Of a stretch of DNA of 64,000 nt, positions 1 to 13,104 are shown piece after piece; the stretch's first letter is position 1, and each line of letters opens with the position of its first letter. The notes beneath the pieces were generated by a model. The model was not told the origin of the DNA, did no database searches, and saw only the letters and a list, made by a program, of their open reading frames with translations. The position numbers and the translations under genes were made by a program. This DNA comes from Rhina ancylostomus. Taxonomy: Eukaryota. The DNA lies in NCBI GenBank assembly GCA_030265395.1, contig JARFYF010000053.1, positions 24,389,951 through 24,453,950 of the forward strand, read 5' to 3'.

Positions 1-129
1 AGCACCCAGAGGAAACCCACGCAGACACAGGAGAACGTACAAACTCCTTACAGACAGCAACGGGAATCGAACCCCGAATGTTGGTGCTGTAATAGCGTCA
101 TGCTAACCACTATGCTACCGTGCCGCCCT
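1..129 (-). mobile_element. tRNA-derived SINE (HE1/V-SINE-like), 5' part
   Basis: Reverse strand begins gggcggcacggtagcatagtggttagca and contains a B-box-like ggttcgattcc; same family as 13105-13381. Confidence 0.75.
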
Positions 130-643
130 GATACTTGTATAATGGATTTCATGGCCTCTAGTTATCTCAAAGGACTTTGAGTGCAAGTGCAGTCATGGGA
201 AACTTTGCAGGCAACATGCACATAGCAAGAGTCCACAAGCAACAACGTGATAACGAACGAGTGTGAAATGGATTGAGGAATGGATATCAGCCAGGACAAT
301 AAGGAAAACACCTTGCTCAGCTTTGAAATGGTCTGTTCAGGAATGTAATGTCCACCTGAGAGAGCAGTCAGGGCTTCAGTTTAAAATATCATTTAAAAAT
401 GAAATCTCCAACTGCACACCACTACTCCCAGGAACGGTACACGTGACACTGGATTTATTGCAATGAATATGAATCAATTACTACTATTTTGAAGAAAGTT
501 TTGACAGGCATATCAACTCTGAAGCCAATTAGCATAAAAATAAATAAAAGTAAATTAATAGACTATCATAGGCTGAAAAGCTGTAATACATTGGTTGAAT
601 GATTTAAATTAAATGACTGGTAATGTCAATTTTAGGTACTTAC

Positions 644-684
644 ACCTTCTGATGATCACTGACTCGATTTCGCAATACATTAAT
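644..684 (-). CDS. TNNT2: TNNT2 penultimate coding exon (41 nt): INVLRNRVSDHQK(V)
   Basis: Acceptor ttttcag, donor gtaagt, phase 0 to 2; canonical troponin T C-terminal sequence. Confidence 0.95.
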
Positions 685-784
685 CTGAAAAACAGTAGAA
701 GAAAACTTAGAGCCCAAGACTACAATAAGGAAGGTCCTTTCATTGGATGCTATATACATGTTGGGAGAAATTGAATAAAAATAA

Positions 785-1620
785 GTCATAGAATCGTGAA
801 GTTTTGCAGCACAGAAATGGACCCTTTGGCCCACCACATCCACACTGTAGCTCATTTACACGAATCCCATTTGCCTGGGTTCAGTCCATATCCTTGCTTA
901 TTTAAATGCCTGCCTAAATGGCTCTTAAGTGTAGTAACTGTTTTCTGATTCAACCACCTCCTCTGACAGTGAGTTCCAGATATGAACCACTCATTGTGTA
1001 AACAAAAACTTACCCCTCAACTCCGCTCTAAAACTCCTTCCTCTCACCTTAAAGCTGGGCCCTGAAACTTCCTGTATCAAGGTTCTAAACTTGAGAGACC
1101 ACAGGACCCATACTGCTTAATCTCTCCTCACAGGACAATCCCCCTCTCCCTGGAATCAATCTGGTGATACTCCCTCTAATCACAAGTATACCCTTCTTTA
1201 GGCAGAAAGACCAAAAGTGTGCAAAATGTTCCAGGTCTGATCTGACTCGGGATCTACAGAATTCTAATAAAATACCTTATGTCTTGAACTCAATTTCTCT
1301 TGCAGTAAAGGCCAATAACTGATTTGTCTTCCAATTGTTTACTGTGCCTGTATAATAACTTTCAATGATCCATGTACAAGAACACTCAGATCCCTTTGAA
1401 CACAAATTCTTTCTCTGAAAAAATACTTTGCTTTTCTGTTTTTTTTCCCCTCTATCAGAGTGGATGACCTCACATTTTCCACTCTGTATTCTATCTGCCA
1501 TGCCCTTATCTTTTTACCTAGCCATTCTATAACCACTAAAGCCACTCTGCATCCTCCTCACATGCAACACTGGTATGAATCAGCAGCAAACTTGGATATA
1601 TTGCACATATTTCCCTCATC
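785..1620 (-). mobile_element. Decayed CR1-like LINE 3' fragments
   Basis: Reverse-oriented CR1 3'-tail signatures (gcacagaaatggaccctttggccc; ctctcaccttaaa) and gtggatgacctcacatttt (KCEVIH on the minus strand). Confidence 0.55.
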
Positions 1621-1689
1621 TAAATCACTGAAACCAAAGGAAAGCCATAACTCACCCTCATAACAAATGGGAAATGAAGGAAATTTATG

Positions 1690-2045
1690 GAATATCAGGG
1701 ATAATGATTAAGGAATTAGCAACAGGGCACCGAGATAATCATTATCCTCTGTTAAACAAGTTTATCATGGTTGTATGAAGGGGAAATTGTATTTAAACAA
1801 AACTATTTTTTTTGCATATTGGATGAGCAGGTTAGATTAGGAAAAACTAATGGATGAATTATTTCTGAAAGTTTACAAGGCATTTGATAAATTACCACAC
1901 AAAAGGGCTCACATAAAATAATGGCTCACTGATCTGGGGGTGAGCATATTAGTATGGATAGCAGATTTATCAAACAACAGCAAGCAGAGAATAAACATAT
2001 TTTTTTTAGGTTGTTAGAATGTTATCTGTGGGGTGCCAAGGACAA
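1690..2045 (+). mobile_element. CR1-like LINE reverse transcriptase remnant
   Basis: Encodes KAFDKLPHKR and GVP with stops and frameshifts. Confidence 0.65.
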
Positions 2046-2818
2046 GCACTAGTTGCTTCAGCATGACGAAAGCTGTTGACAACAGAGAGCTGCCTGGGAA
2101 TATAACTGACTTACTTAAACCTTCAATTTTTTATTTTTCATTTCTGGATCCTAAACAGTGGGGCACTGCAACCTGGCAGATCTTGCAGGATGTGATGTGG
2201 TGAGATGGATGGGGCCGAACATGTCTCACTCAGAAAATGACANNNNNNNNNNNNNNNNNNNNNNNNNNNNNNNNNNNNNNNNNNNNNNNNNNNNNNNNNN
2301 NNNNNNNNNNNNNNTTCCACAAGTTCTTGTCTTTTAAAAATATCTCAAATAAAAAAAATCAAAGTTACTGAAAAAAACAGAGCTGGGGCAGGATTGAGCA
2401 ACAATAACCTGGTAAGATTTGACTGTGCTTGCCCAGTGGTTCTGAATGGGGAATATCCAGGCCAACACAGAAAGAAATTATAAGTTAATGAGAGAAATTA
2501 TGAATCATCTAGTCTGTTCAGGAATACTAAAGAGTGATGCAGAATAAGTATTAAAGTCTACTTTAGGTTTGCTTATCATAGAATTCAAATGATTGTTGGG
2601 TGGTGGAATTTGCTGTGATTTTCAAATACTTGAAGCAAAATAGGGAAAATATTTGTGTATGTGGGATGCATAATGCATAACCAACATGTAGAAATGTGTT
2701 CTGTCTTCCCAGCACTGAATCCAGCATCATGGTGTATGTCAAATTTGCCAAAAAGGTGAAATATAGCATACACAGCAAGAGAATTTAAAAGAACAGAAAT
2801 ATTCATATTTCTACCTAC

Positions 2819-2909
2819 TTCATATTTTTGCTGTTTCATTTTTTCCTGTAGGTCAAATTTTTCTGCTTCCAGTTGGTACATCCATTGCCACAGCTCTTTG
2901 CTCTTCTCC
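2819..2909 (-). CDS. TNNT2: TNNT2 exon (91 nt): [30 protein letters not shown]
   Basis: Acceptor aacag, donor gtagg, phase 2 to 0; TnI-binding coiled-coil region. Confidence 0.96.
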
Positions 2910-3216
2910 CTGTTCATACAAGAAAATGTTTGTTGAATTACTTGAAATATGGACCCAAAGCTTAGCAACATTGCTTTTGAAAACACTTCCAAGTTAAGTC
3001 ATATGGATCATCTATGAGCATAACATTTCACAGTTGTAGTTATGATTGGTTTGAGCTTTGAGCTTAAGAATTCCTGTGTTCTTCCATTCTAATTCTGCTG
3101 GGACACTGGATAAATAGTCACCAAATGGCAAATGCCATTAATACTCAAGGATTTTGTCAGTCACCCTTTAGAGCTACAATAGGAGATCAACTAAATCCTC
3201 GTGAAATTTCAGGGTC

Positions 3217-3409
3217 ATGCCCTTTAACCAATTCTGGTTCCAATTAATTAGTGCTTCATGTCTGGGCTTTCCAGAAGCTGGGATCACCAGTTTTTCACAG
3301 TATTTAGGAAAAATGCCCTTTAACCGATTCTGGTTCCAATTAATTAGTGCTTCATGTCTGGGCTTTCCAGAAGCTGGGATCACCAGTTTTTCCACAGTAT
3401 TTAGGAAAA
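3217..3409. repeat. Two-copy direct tandem repeat, 96-bp period, in a TNNT2 intron
   Basis: atgccctttaacc...tatttaggaaaa starts at 3217 and 3313; copies differ by about 2 changes. Confidence 0.95.
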
Positions 3410-3587
3410 AATAATCTATTCCTGCATATCTGAAGCATTTCTGTTGGTGGCATAACATAATGATAGCATTTGTGAAGGGTCCATAGAATGGACTGTCTTA
3501 TTCCCAGTTGGGGAGACTGATGCACTGCCAGGAGAGTGAACATAAACTGCTAACAGGCAAGTAAACAATAAGTATGCTTATCCTTAC

Positions 3588-3700
3588 TTGAGTTCACTCT
3601 CATTCAAATCATCGATATCCAGAGGTTTGCGTCTTTCTGACAGGATCTTCTTTTTCTTTTCCCTCTCAGTTTGCTTCTTCCCACCTCGACGGCTGTCAGT
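3588..3700 (-). CDS. TNNT2: TNNT2 exon (113 nt): TDSRRGGKKQTEREKKKKILSERRKPLDIDDLNESEL(K)
   Basis: Acceptor ttccatcag, donor gtaagg, phase 0 to 2. Confidence 0.96.
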
Positions 3701-4537
3701 CTGATGGAAATAAGTTGTTAAAGTGACAACACTCCACAATTCATTGTGTAGTTCAATCAAATTGGAAAAATCAACAGAGAAATGGAATTTGCTGTTGTTT
3801 TGGTGGTGATGATGGTGGGGGAGGGGTGAGTTGCAGAGGAACCATACCATTTGCTATCTAGTTCCAGAAAGCCATTACAACAAATGAGCATAGGGACTTC
3901 CTCAATGGTTTTGAAAGTAACATTTGCAAAATGGAATTGACGCATACAATTAAGAAAGTCTTGACTGTGCTGACTTAATTAATCTAAGAGAGGAATCTAT
4001 AACTTAGTCTGCAGCAGTGAAGTAAGTAAATGCTTTCATCAAATTGCTTTCATCCTGCAGGAGCGCTAACATACAAGGTCAGTGGAATTGACTTTGATAA
4101 ACTCCATGAACAATTACCACAATAAAGGTTATTGGCCTAAGGTGCCAAAAGTGGTAATTGTGGAAGGATCTATGAAGCAAAAGCAAAATTTAATGCTCAT
4201 TGCTTCTGTGCATTAAAAATGTGATACATTAATTGAAGAGATCAACTAATTAATCTCTATCAGTTCAAAATAATCCAATTCAATCCCGCAAAATTACTTT
4301 TAAAGGATTTTAATCATTGCAAGAATATTTTACACAGATTTTCCATTTTCTAGTACAAATAATTATCCAACAATAACTGAAAATCAGCAACTTAACAATT
4401 AAAACCGAGGAAGCCCCTACACTCATTTGTTGTAATCAAAAAGATAAATGTTCTCATCTGAATTTGCCCAAACAAAGACAGGAATAAAAAAAAGCATTTT
4501 TGAGAGGTCCAAATAATGATGTTGAATTAATGGTTAC

Positions 4538-4651
4538 CTTCTGCATGTAGCCTCCAAAGTGCAAGGACATGTTCGACATGGTTTTTTTCTTCTTTGCTTC
4601 TTCCTCAGCTCTCTTTCTCGATTCTTCCTCTTCTTTCCTGGCTCTTTCCTC
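4538..4651 (-). CDS. TNNT2: TNNT2 exon (114 nt): [38 protein letters not shown]
   Basis: Acceptor ttttataatag, donor gtaacc, phase 0 to 0; HFGGY motif. Confidence 0.96.
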
Positions 4652-4737
4652 CTATTATAAAAGTAAATAGACAACTATCAGTCTGCTTGTATTGCTTTAA
4701 TCATGCAACAAAAAATATCTTTAAGATCATTACTTAC

Positions 4738-4815
4738 AGCAATCCTCGACTGACGTTCCTTCTCCCTTTCAGCTTGAATCCTATGCTGCTCTGCTCTTTC
4801 TGCTCTGCGTTTTTC
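4738..4815 (-). CDS. TNNT2: TNNT2 exon (78 nt): EKRRAERAEQHRIQAEREKERQSRIA
   Basis: Acceptor tgtag, donor gtaagt, phase 0 to 0. Confidence 0.96.
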
Positions 4816-6126
4816 CTACATAGGAAATCCGTGTGAATTTCATCAGACAAATTAGTATGTAGCTCTTTGGAGAGAATCAACCACTTGAACTATGGTAGAA
4901 GTAAAATACAAACTTTGTAAATATTCCAGATAAAAGGGATCATTGACTTCAGACCACTTTAGGGACATTGGCCATCACTATGCCTGCTTGGCATTGTGGT
5001 TGAATATAAAACTACTTCTGAGTAATACATGATGATTCAGTCAGATGAGATTCAAGAGAGGTGCAAGTTGGCCCCACATGGGAATGACAGAAGACGGGGG
5101 GACAATTCAGAACCCTATTGATCAGTGTTATTTTTGTTCTGCGTTTATTTGGCATTGGTTGAACTGGTAAAATGCCATGATAAGGCCTCAGTGATGGTAT
5201 TCAAGCAGTATCCCTGGCAGATGCCAGGTGAGCACCTGAACTTGTAACATGGTGGACCTGGTAAATGGTTGTGTTCTGCATCCACCTGCCACATGCAGAT
5301 GAAGTTCCTTGCCGTTGAGCTTGCATTCTCTGTCAGAACCAATGCAAACAGCCTTCTCTTTAAAATATTCTATCATTCTATCTTTAAGTTATTTTAGTTT
5401 GTTTCCAATTTATTTGGGCTACAACATTAATAAGGACTATCTTGCAATGTGAAATATTTAAGTAGGGTAAAAGACAAATTTAGTGGCAAATTTTTGCAGT
5501 GGCAGGCAGCTAGCTTACTTTCTCTTGCACAGGTCCAAGCAAGACATAATAGGCCAAATGGCCTCACAATCTGGTCCATTGTTTATGTCTTTAAACAATG
5601 AGGGGATGTGAATCAATGGCTGTCAGTGGTCCTGTAAAATAACACAGCCAAGAGTACAATGTAAAGCAGGTAATTTAGTCCTGGGCTCAGGCACACCAGA
5701 TCATAGTCCACAGTGACCACGTAAAGGTCACTAATTCCAGAAAAAGCCATTGGCAGAGCCATGCAGCAACTGCACAGATTATAGGTCACTAATAGTTCAG
5801 GTGAAGACNNNNNNNNNNGTTAGAGCCCAATTGGTTCTAGTCTAGGTTCATGGCTGGAAATCCTGAAACTTAAAGCTCTTTTCTTTTGGGCTATATCTTT
5901 TGTAAAGAGGAACGAAGAGACCTAAAATCCTCCCAGCTGGACAATCCTGCCTCAAATTGCTTTTAATGATTGGGAGCCCTAAATATGTCCTCGATGGTAT
6001 CAATTACTGCCAAAGAGAACTGCACTGCCAACCCTCATCTCCAGAAACTGGGAATGACCAGATAACAGATCCCAGAACTTCCTCAGGATGTCTGATGGAA
6101 TCAATCCTTTAAAAGCTACAACTCAC

Positions 6127-6243
6127 AATTCTTTCCTTCAGAGCAATGATTTCCTCTTCATCTTTCTTCCTGTTCTCAAAATGAACTTCAATTAATGTCT
6201 GCAGTTCTAAAAGATCCTTCTCCATACGTTTTCGATGGATATC
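6127..6243 (-). CDS. TNNT2: TNNT2 exon (117 nt): [39 protein letters not shown]
   Basis: Acceptor ctttgcag, donor gtgagt; tropomyosin-binding T1 helix. Confidence 0.97.
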
Positions 6244-6751
6244 CTGCAAAGTAGAAACCATACATATGAGCTCCATCACATTCAACATCCTCACAAATCT
6301 TTGAAAGCAAGAGGTCAGCATAGTTCCATGATTTATCCAGGGGGAAAAATAATAGCTCGATCCAGAATCGACCTTTGATGCATCTAATCTCAATCATGGC
6401 TATATCGTGCATGCCATAATGTGCCTCAGAGTACCATGATTGCAAGACCAAAGCTCTGCAGGAGGTTCTGCATAGATCTACTGAAAAAGCAACAAATTAC
6501 TTTATATGTGCTTCAAACAAATATGATATGATAGAACAGAGACCATTTCCTCTGGTGTGGGATTTGGAGCAAAGGACATAATATTAATATTAGAAGCAGT
6601 TGAAATCAGGAAGCATGTTCCCACATAAAGGGCAGTGAAAGTCATCAAGAAGTACAGGAACAAATGACAGAATGTGAAATAAGTGGTAAGAAAAAATGCT
6701 AAACATTCAAAATATAAAACAAAGAAGGAAACCAGTAATTTAGATGCTTAC

Positions 6752-6812
6752 ATCAAAGTCAACTCTTTCTCCATCTGGAATCCTAGGTGGCACAAGGTTG
6801 GGCAAAAAGAGT
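6752..6812 (-). CDS. TNNT2: TNNT2 exon (61 nt): (R)LFLPNLVPPRIPDGERVDFD
   Basis: Poly-T tract plus tgtag acceptor, donor gtaagc, phase 2 to 0; IPDGERVDFD motif. Confidence 0.96.
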
Positions 6813-8324
6813 CTACAAAATCAAAAAAAAAATTACACTGGGTTACATCACATTTGTTGCTCCCATGCTCACTGAGATCAATTGTTAAGTGTGCCACATA
6901 TTGAAAAAGATAAAATATCTGCTCTGCTTCCAAGATTTTACTCTATATATTTTTTGTCATATCTCAGATTACTTCCATAGATCTTCATTTTAATTGAGTT
7001 CACTTGCTCAAATGTAATATTGCTGGGTACAGCAGCATGACGGCCTTGTTAATAGGTCCAATAATCCAGACACATTTCCATCTCACCACAAGACTTAAGA
7101 TAGTTAAATAATTCCAGGATAAAAGACTTGTAACAGTTTTATTAGTGAAATTAGTGGATTTTTGTGAAAACTGTACGGTTTAGCGAATGAGCTCTATTAC
7201 CTTTTCCAAGTCTGCCCTTTATGTTACTTTGAACCCACAGTTACAGAAACGTACTTGACTCACAACCATTCCTTCAAATGCCTTCCAACTCATTCTGTTT
7301 AAGGGCCATGAGGCTTGGACAATAAATGTGGGCTCTTCAGTGATGCCCACATCCAATAAATGCATAATAAAATGTCAAAAGCATAGGGGTCAAAACTTGT
7401 TTTTGTATTTTGGCAACTAGAAATAATAGATGAACTTCCTTCACTTCAGTAGGTTAACTGGTTTTATTTAAAGTGGCAGTGGGGTGGAAGTAGCAGAGGT
7501 TGATTCTCATTCCTTTCTGTAACTCTAGCAAAAAAATGGACAAAGACATTTGATCCCTGATATCACTCATTCCTGTTTGTCAAGACTCATAATTTCTGAA
7601 CCAACTTGCATCTCTGGACCATAGTAATTGACCCCAATCCCTCATCTGAGCCCACATGTCAAGAAGTGTCATTTGAGTTGTAATACAGAGACATTCAGCA
7701 GTTTAACCCTGGTGAGCAGCACTTAAGCAGTAAGCAGCACTTCAGCCCTCCTAACTTGGATCCACCTATTGCTTGCCAGCTCATGCTGCACCCCTTCCCC
7801 TCCCCTTTATACTGGCTATCTCTCCGCTATCTTTCAGTCCAGCCGAAGGGTCTCAGCCCAAAGCATTCACTATCCATTTTACAGATGCTGCTTGACCCGC
7901 TGAGTTCCTCCAGCAGTTTGTTTCTTGCTCCTGAATTCAGCAGTTAAATTGTGTACAGCAAGGGTCCATAAACTGCAAGGATTTATTGATAAGATTTTTA
8001 CTTAAGAAAACCATTATTGGGTATGGGTAAGCATTGGTGGGGCAGTCAGAAAGAACATTGCTGCTCTTCTTGGAACAGGATTCTGAGATCTTTCACGTCA
8101 GGTAGGTTCTCTGCTTTACAGCAGAATATTCTCCACTGCCACAAAACAACAAGCTTCATGTCATATAAGTCAGTGATAATAAACCTGATTCTGATTCTGC
8201 TTGATTGTAGTGGTTGCGGCAATAAAGGACGCAACTCATACAGACGTTATTCATTGAGTTTCACAAATGTTTGAAAGAAGTCAGTAAGGAAATCATTCAA
8301 AATGATTAAAGAGATTCATTTTAC

Positions 8325-8343
8325 CTTGGCTTAGGCTTTTCTT
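8325..8343 (-). CDS. TNNT2: TNNT2 exon (19 nt): (E)EKPKP(R)
   Basis: Acceptor ccacatcaaag, donor gtaaaa, phase 1 to 2; links the acidic region to the 61-nt exon. Confidence 0.85.
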
Positions 8344-10741
8344 CTTTGATGTGGAATACAAAGAAAATGAAATGTTTGTTAGTTAAAGCTTTTAAAGTAA
8401 ATAATGTTCATTGTCTACCACTGAAGAAAATTTGTTCAATGAATTAAATAAACAAATTACAAAACTCTGGATTCATTTACTAAGGCCAACATGTGAAACT
8501 ATATTTATTAATTAACTCATTAATGCCTCATTGTACCAATAAAACACCTAGTTGTGAAAACTGCAGGCAACCTAATTTTTTTTTCAGATCTTCAGGCACT
8601 GAGCCTTAAATGCTATGTCCAACCAATATAGAAAACAATTTGGTTTAATTTTGAATAACAACTCAACAGGTGTCACTACTCAAGCTTTGAATTGTTTATA
8701 ATCTACCAATATTTTATTAATGCACAGGATCTTTGGTTAAGCCAATTGTTGAATCTCTATCTGTTGATAACCACCTCTGAAGAAAATGTGTTCTAATGCA
8801 GGTAGGGTGCCAGCAATACCAATTTTAATGCCAAGTAAACTGAAAAGTTGTTTGCTTCTTAAATCGAAATTACTAAACAGTTTGGTATAAATTAGACAAA
8901 TTTTTAAAGAATTGCTGTGATATATAAATGTATATATTGCTATGAAGAAAATGACAAAGTTAGTGTTGGTTATCCATGATAAATCTATAGCCATTTTGGC
9001 AGTATAGTAATGAAGTAATGTTTTATTCCATTAGCTTTTTGATAATTGAATAAATTAAGAAAACAGTTATTGATGTATTTAATTTATGTCTGTGTTACTG
9101 AAGTGGTTGGGTCAAAGCAAAAGTATACATTGTGACATTAGCCACTTGTTCCATTTTGCATACTAGATTAGGCCATCTGGTACAGTGGCAGGAAATCATT
9201 AGCCAATTGAATATTTTTTTTAAAGGTAGGATTGGACACTAACTCTCTTAGTGAATTTTGAAAGTAAAAATGAGTATTTCCTTTGCATCTGCTTCTGTGA
9301 AATGCAAAATAAACACTATCCTTAAAATAATATTGTATTGAAATAAATGATGGCAACAACTTGTATCTCACTGTGGCAATCAAAGGTTTGTCAATTTCAG
9401 TCACCCTTTCTGTCACTGTTTGACTCTGGTTATTGGATAGTGAAGTTGGTCAGCAAACAAAATAATGTGTTGACTTACCTTGCTTTACTAACACTGCAGT
9501 ATCAATAAACCCAAATCTTTATGCAGACTACTAGTATAGTTAGACTATGAAAGGCCTGTGCAGAAACCTCATATGGGCCTCAGATCTGGGTTGAGGGATT
9601 AGGGAAGAGAGAAGTGATGGTTAAGACCCCAGTTGGAGCCTGGGGATAATGGTGATTGCTGGGAATCAAAACCTGTGTGTGGTGATTTTGGCCAAATAGT
9701 GAAGTGTTGTCTAGTGATTGGGCCTTGGTGGCAGGCATAGGTGTAAGTTACTACATTGGAGTTGGAGTACATGTGGCCAGGGCAAATTGGAGGTTTGCAC
9801 AGTTGGTGTAGCAATTGTGGAGGGGTCGAGGCAGGCAAAACATTAAAGGATCTTCCTGTATTGGGTTCCTAGTGCTGCTACTCTAGGATTCTTCCTCTTT
9901 TTAAAAAGTGCTATGAGTGGACATTCTGGAACGATGAACAATGTTCATTCCTTGTAACAATGTTGTCCAATTTCTTATCGCACAGAGAATAATGCTCTTC
10001 CATGTGGGACTGGTGCAAAAATAGTGATTTGTCACTGAAACTACCAAATCAAGCCAGAGTGGTAAAGTTTGACCCAGAACTGGTTTTGATCATATTCCTC
10101 TCCTCGAAATAATCTTCAAATGTGAATCAATGGAAAAATTAACCAGTGATATGCATCTAAATTTCAAGTCCATTATACTCTGATTCATGATCACAAGATG
10201 ACAATGTAGATGCAATGGTAGAGTTACTTGGCCCAAGTTAGTTTTTCCTTCCTGAAAGAAGGAATATAAAAAGCACCATTCCACATTGCACCACCTTCTC
10301 TTGCGTTTTCCTCCTTGAAACACTTTCATTGCTATTTATTAAAAATATCTTGGCTGCAATGCATTAACAGTATTAATTCTACTCAACTTAAAGCTATCAG
10401 GCAGACAATGTTCGTATAACCTTTTTGCTAAATATTGAACTTCTTAGATTGAAAGAGAAACTTTATAATGTATGGATCTCCATCTGAGAGTTTGGATTTA
10501 AAGGATTTATCAAGCATGATTTCAGTTTCACTTTTTTATTTTAATTACTTTAGCAGAAATAAAATTGCAGAAATGTAACTGGTATCATGCAGGGACAAAG
10601 CACAAATACCCTAAGCTAAGGGCTAAATGCACTTTTCATCTCGCCCTTTAGCTTGACACTGGGCAAGGCTGGGAACAGCCTGAAAAGTGGCTGGTTCCTT
10701 TTTATTTTACTTAATTTTAATCTCTTCAATTAATTTTTACC

Positions 10742-11170
10742 ATAGAGTCATTGTACAGCATAGAAACAGGTCCTTTTGCCCACTGTGTCTGTGCCAATCA
10801 TCATGCCTATCTATCCCAATCCCACTTGCTGCATTAATTCCATATCTCTCTAGGCCTGATCATTCAATTACCTTTCCAGGTGCCTCTTAAATGTTGTTGT
10901 TCCTGTCTCCACCACCTCTCTGGCAGTTAATTCCCGATACAAATTATTCTTTGCGTAGAAAATATTTACCCCTTGGGTTCTCTTTAAATCTCCTCCCTCT
11001 CAACTTAAACCTTTGCCCTCAAATTTTAGACTCCCCTGCCATGGGAGACACACACTGACTATCTACTCTATCTATGTTTCTCATAACTTTACATACCTCT
11101 ATCGTGTCACCTCTCAATCTCCTTTGCTGCAGGAAAAACAGACCTAGGCTTTCCAATCCCTCCTTGCAAC
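10742..11170 (-). mobile_element. CR1-like LINE 3' fragment
   Basis: atagagtcattgtacagcatagaaacaggtccttttgccc...ctctcaacttaaacc, a reversed CR1 3'-end signature shared with 785-1060. Confidence 0.6.
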
Positions 11171-11856
11171 ACAATTATAAAATGGTGTTTTCAACCAAAT
11201 CGTATATTTTAATTTTTTCCTAAATATTGCTCCATTTTGAACACTTTTCAAATGTCTCCAGACATTTGTCTCCACACACTTTCTCCAGACTGAACTGGAT
11301 GCAGATCCTGGGATCTATCTCCTGAGGTCCATTTACTGCTTGCAGGCTGAACTGTATTGCAAATGTGGCAAGTATGCACCCTCGTGCCTGTCAATTGATC
11401 ACTTGGCAGATCGATAGCGCTCTCCTAAGCACAGATTTTTTTTTGCGCGGGACTTCAGGGTCTCAAGTGCTTTTGCCTCTGTTGGCCTTCTTGTTGCTCT
11501 TGCACTGTAAGTTGCTTAGTGTTTACCATGGTTAATGTGACTCAGTAAAAATGTTTATTCTACTGCACTGTTGTCATTCTTGCTCCATGCAAACATAATA
11601 CAGGCCATTTCACTTTGGAAACAGGCCTCAATAGAAAGGTTCAAAGATGATTGGACCCATAGGGCCACCAAAGGCAGGTATAGATGGGAGAATGGCTCAG
11701 GCTATGAGCCGTATTTGAGACTATTAACTCCACTGAGTGTTATTTTACATGTGTGGCTTGAGAACCATGTGGACAATTCTAGTTTATGAACAAAGTCTGA
11801 AGAGTTTAGAAAAACAGCTAATTAAGGAAAAGTATGAATGGTTATACAATTCATAC

Positions 11857-11883
11857 CTTGAGCATCTTCAGTAGTTTTATCTT
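11857..11883 (-). CDS. TNNT2: TNNT2 N-terminal micro-exon (27 nt): (E)DKTTEDAQ
   Basis: Acceptor ctttcaatcctag, donor gtatga, symmetric phase 1. Confidence 0.7.
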
Positions 11884-12224
11884 CTAGGATTGAAAGTGAC
11901 ATTATTTATTACAATCATTTGAATTTAAATTCAGTAACTTTTGACAATAACTGTAGTACAGTTTTGAAAAGTGAAATGTGTATCAACTTTATGACATTCA
12001 TAGCAGCATTGTTCCAAGTTTCTAAAAGTTGTTAAATGAACTCTCTCAGTTTCTTAAATCCAACTGTACTATTTCATTTTTTGGTGTCCTTTACCTCTAA
12101 TCATCAATAGCTGGAGATGGATTCCTTTACATTGATAACGAAAAGGAAATAACCCATTATGTCTTTCAAATGATATCATAAATAAAAATGTTTCAATAAC
12201 TACTACAAAATTGAAACTGACGTA

Positions 12225-12905
12225 AAATAAAAAATGCTGGAAACACTTGTCAAGTCAGGTAGTATCTGTGGAGAGAAATGTTTGATGTTTCATCCAAACT
12301 GGGAAAAGTTAGAAATGGAACAAGTTTTAGGTTTCAGGGAGGTAGAAGGGGCAAATGGAATGATAGGGTGGAGAGACCAGAGGAGACTATTGGTTGTGGG
12401 CAATTGGAAAAAGGGTGGTCAAAGAATGTCCATAGAAGGTTTAAATAGGAGAAGATAAGTGAAATCTGAAAATATCAGAAGGGGAGAAAGAAATTAATTT
12501 TAGAAATGTGAGATGCAAGACTGGAATGAACAAGCTTCTGAAATTGTTCAATTCAATATTGAGTTCAGAAGGCCGTTTTGTGCTAAGTTGGGAAATGACG
12601 AGCTGTTCAAGGTTGCTCTGAGCTTCACTGGAACAATAAAGGAGGTGAAGGACAGTTCAGAGTGAGGGCAGGATGGAGAACTAAAGTGACAGGGAGCTGA
12701 AAGTTCAGGTTCACCCTTGTTACTGAATGTAGGTGTTCTGCAAACTGATTATGCAATCTGTTTGGTTTCCCCAGTGTGGAGGAGACAACATTGAGCTCTG
12801 AATGCAGCTCACTAAATTGGAAGTAGCACAGGTAAATTGTTACTTGGAGACTTTGGGTCCCTGGATGATGGAAAAGGTAGAAGTAAAAGGGAAGATTCAG
12901 CATTG
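12225..12905 (-). mobile_element. Penelope-like element remnant (GIY-YIG region) with MER6-like end
   Basis: Minus-strand remnant ...KPNRLHNQFAEHLHSV; collinear with 57975-58830. Confidence 0.55.
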
Positions 12906-13104
12906 GTAGTTTTGTTTTTTTAATGTAAAGAATTTCTTAACCAATAATGACTCATGATATTTATTCCACTTGCATGTTTCATTACATCCTAATTGGTTTC
13001 CCTACCCCTACATACTTCAACAATTCATTTGAAACCTGACTCTCCAACATTTCATAAGCTAATTGATGCCATTTATATTTAACTTTGACCTTTTTAACAT
13101 GAGA

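Noticed and set aside
55-129. tRNA-like A/B boxes
   Set aside because: These belong to a SINE head; no intact tRNA cloverleaf was seen
2585-2992. 135-aa ORF as a standalone gene
   Set aside because: Only 2819-2909 is a TNNT2 exon; the rest is intronic read-through
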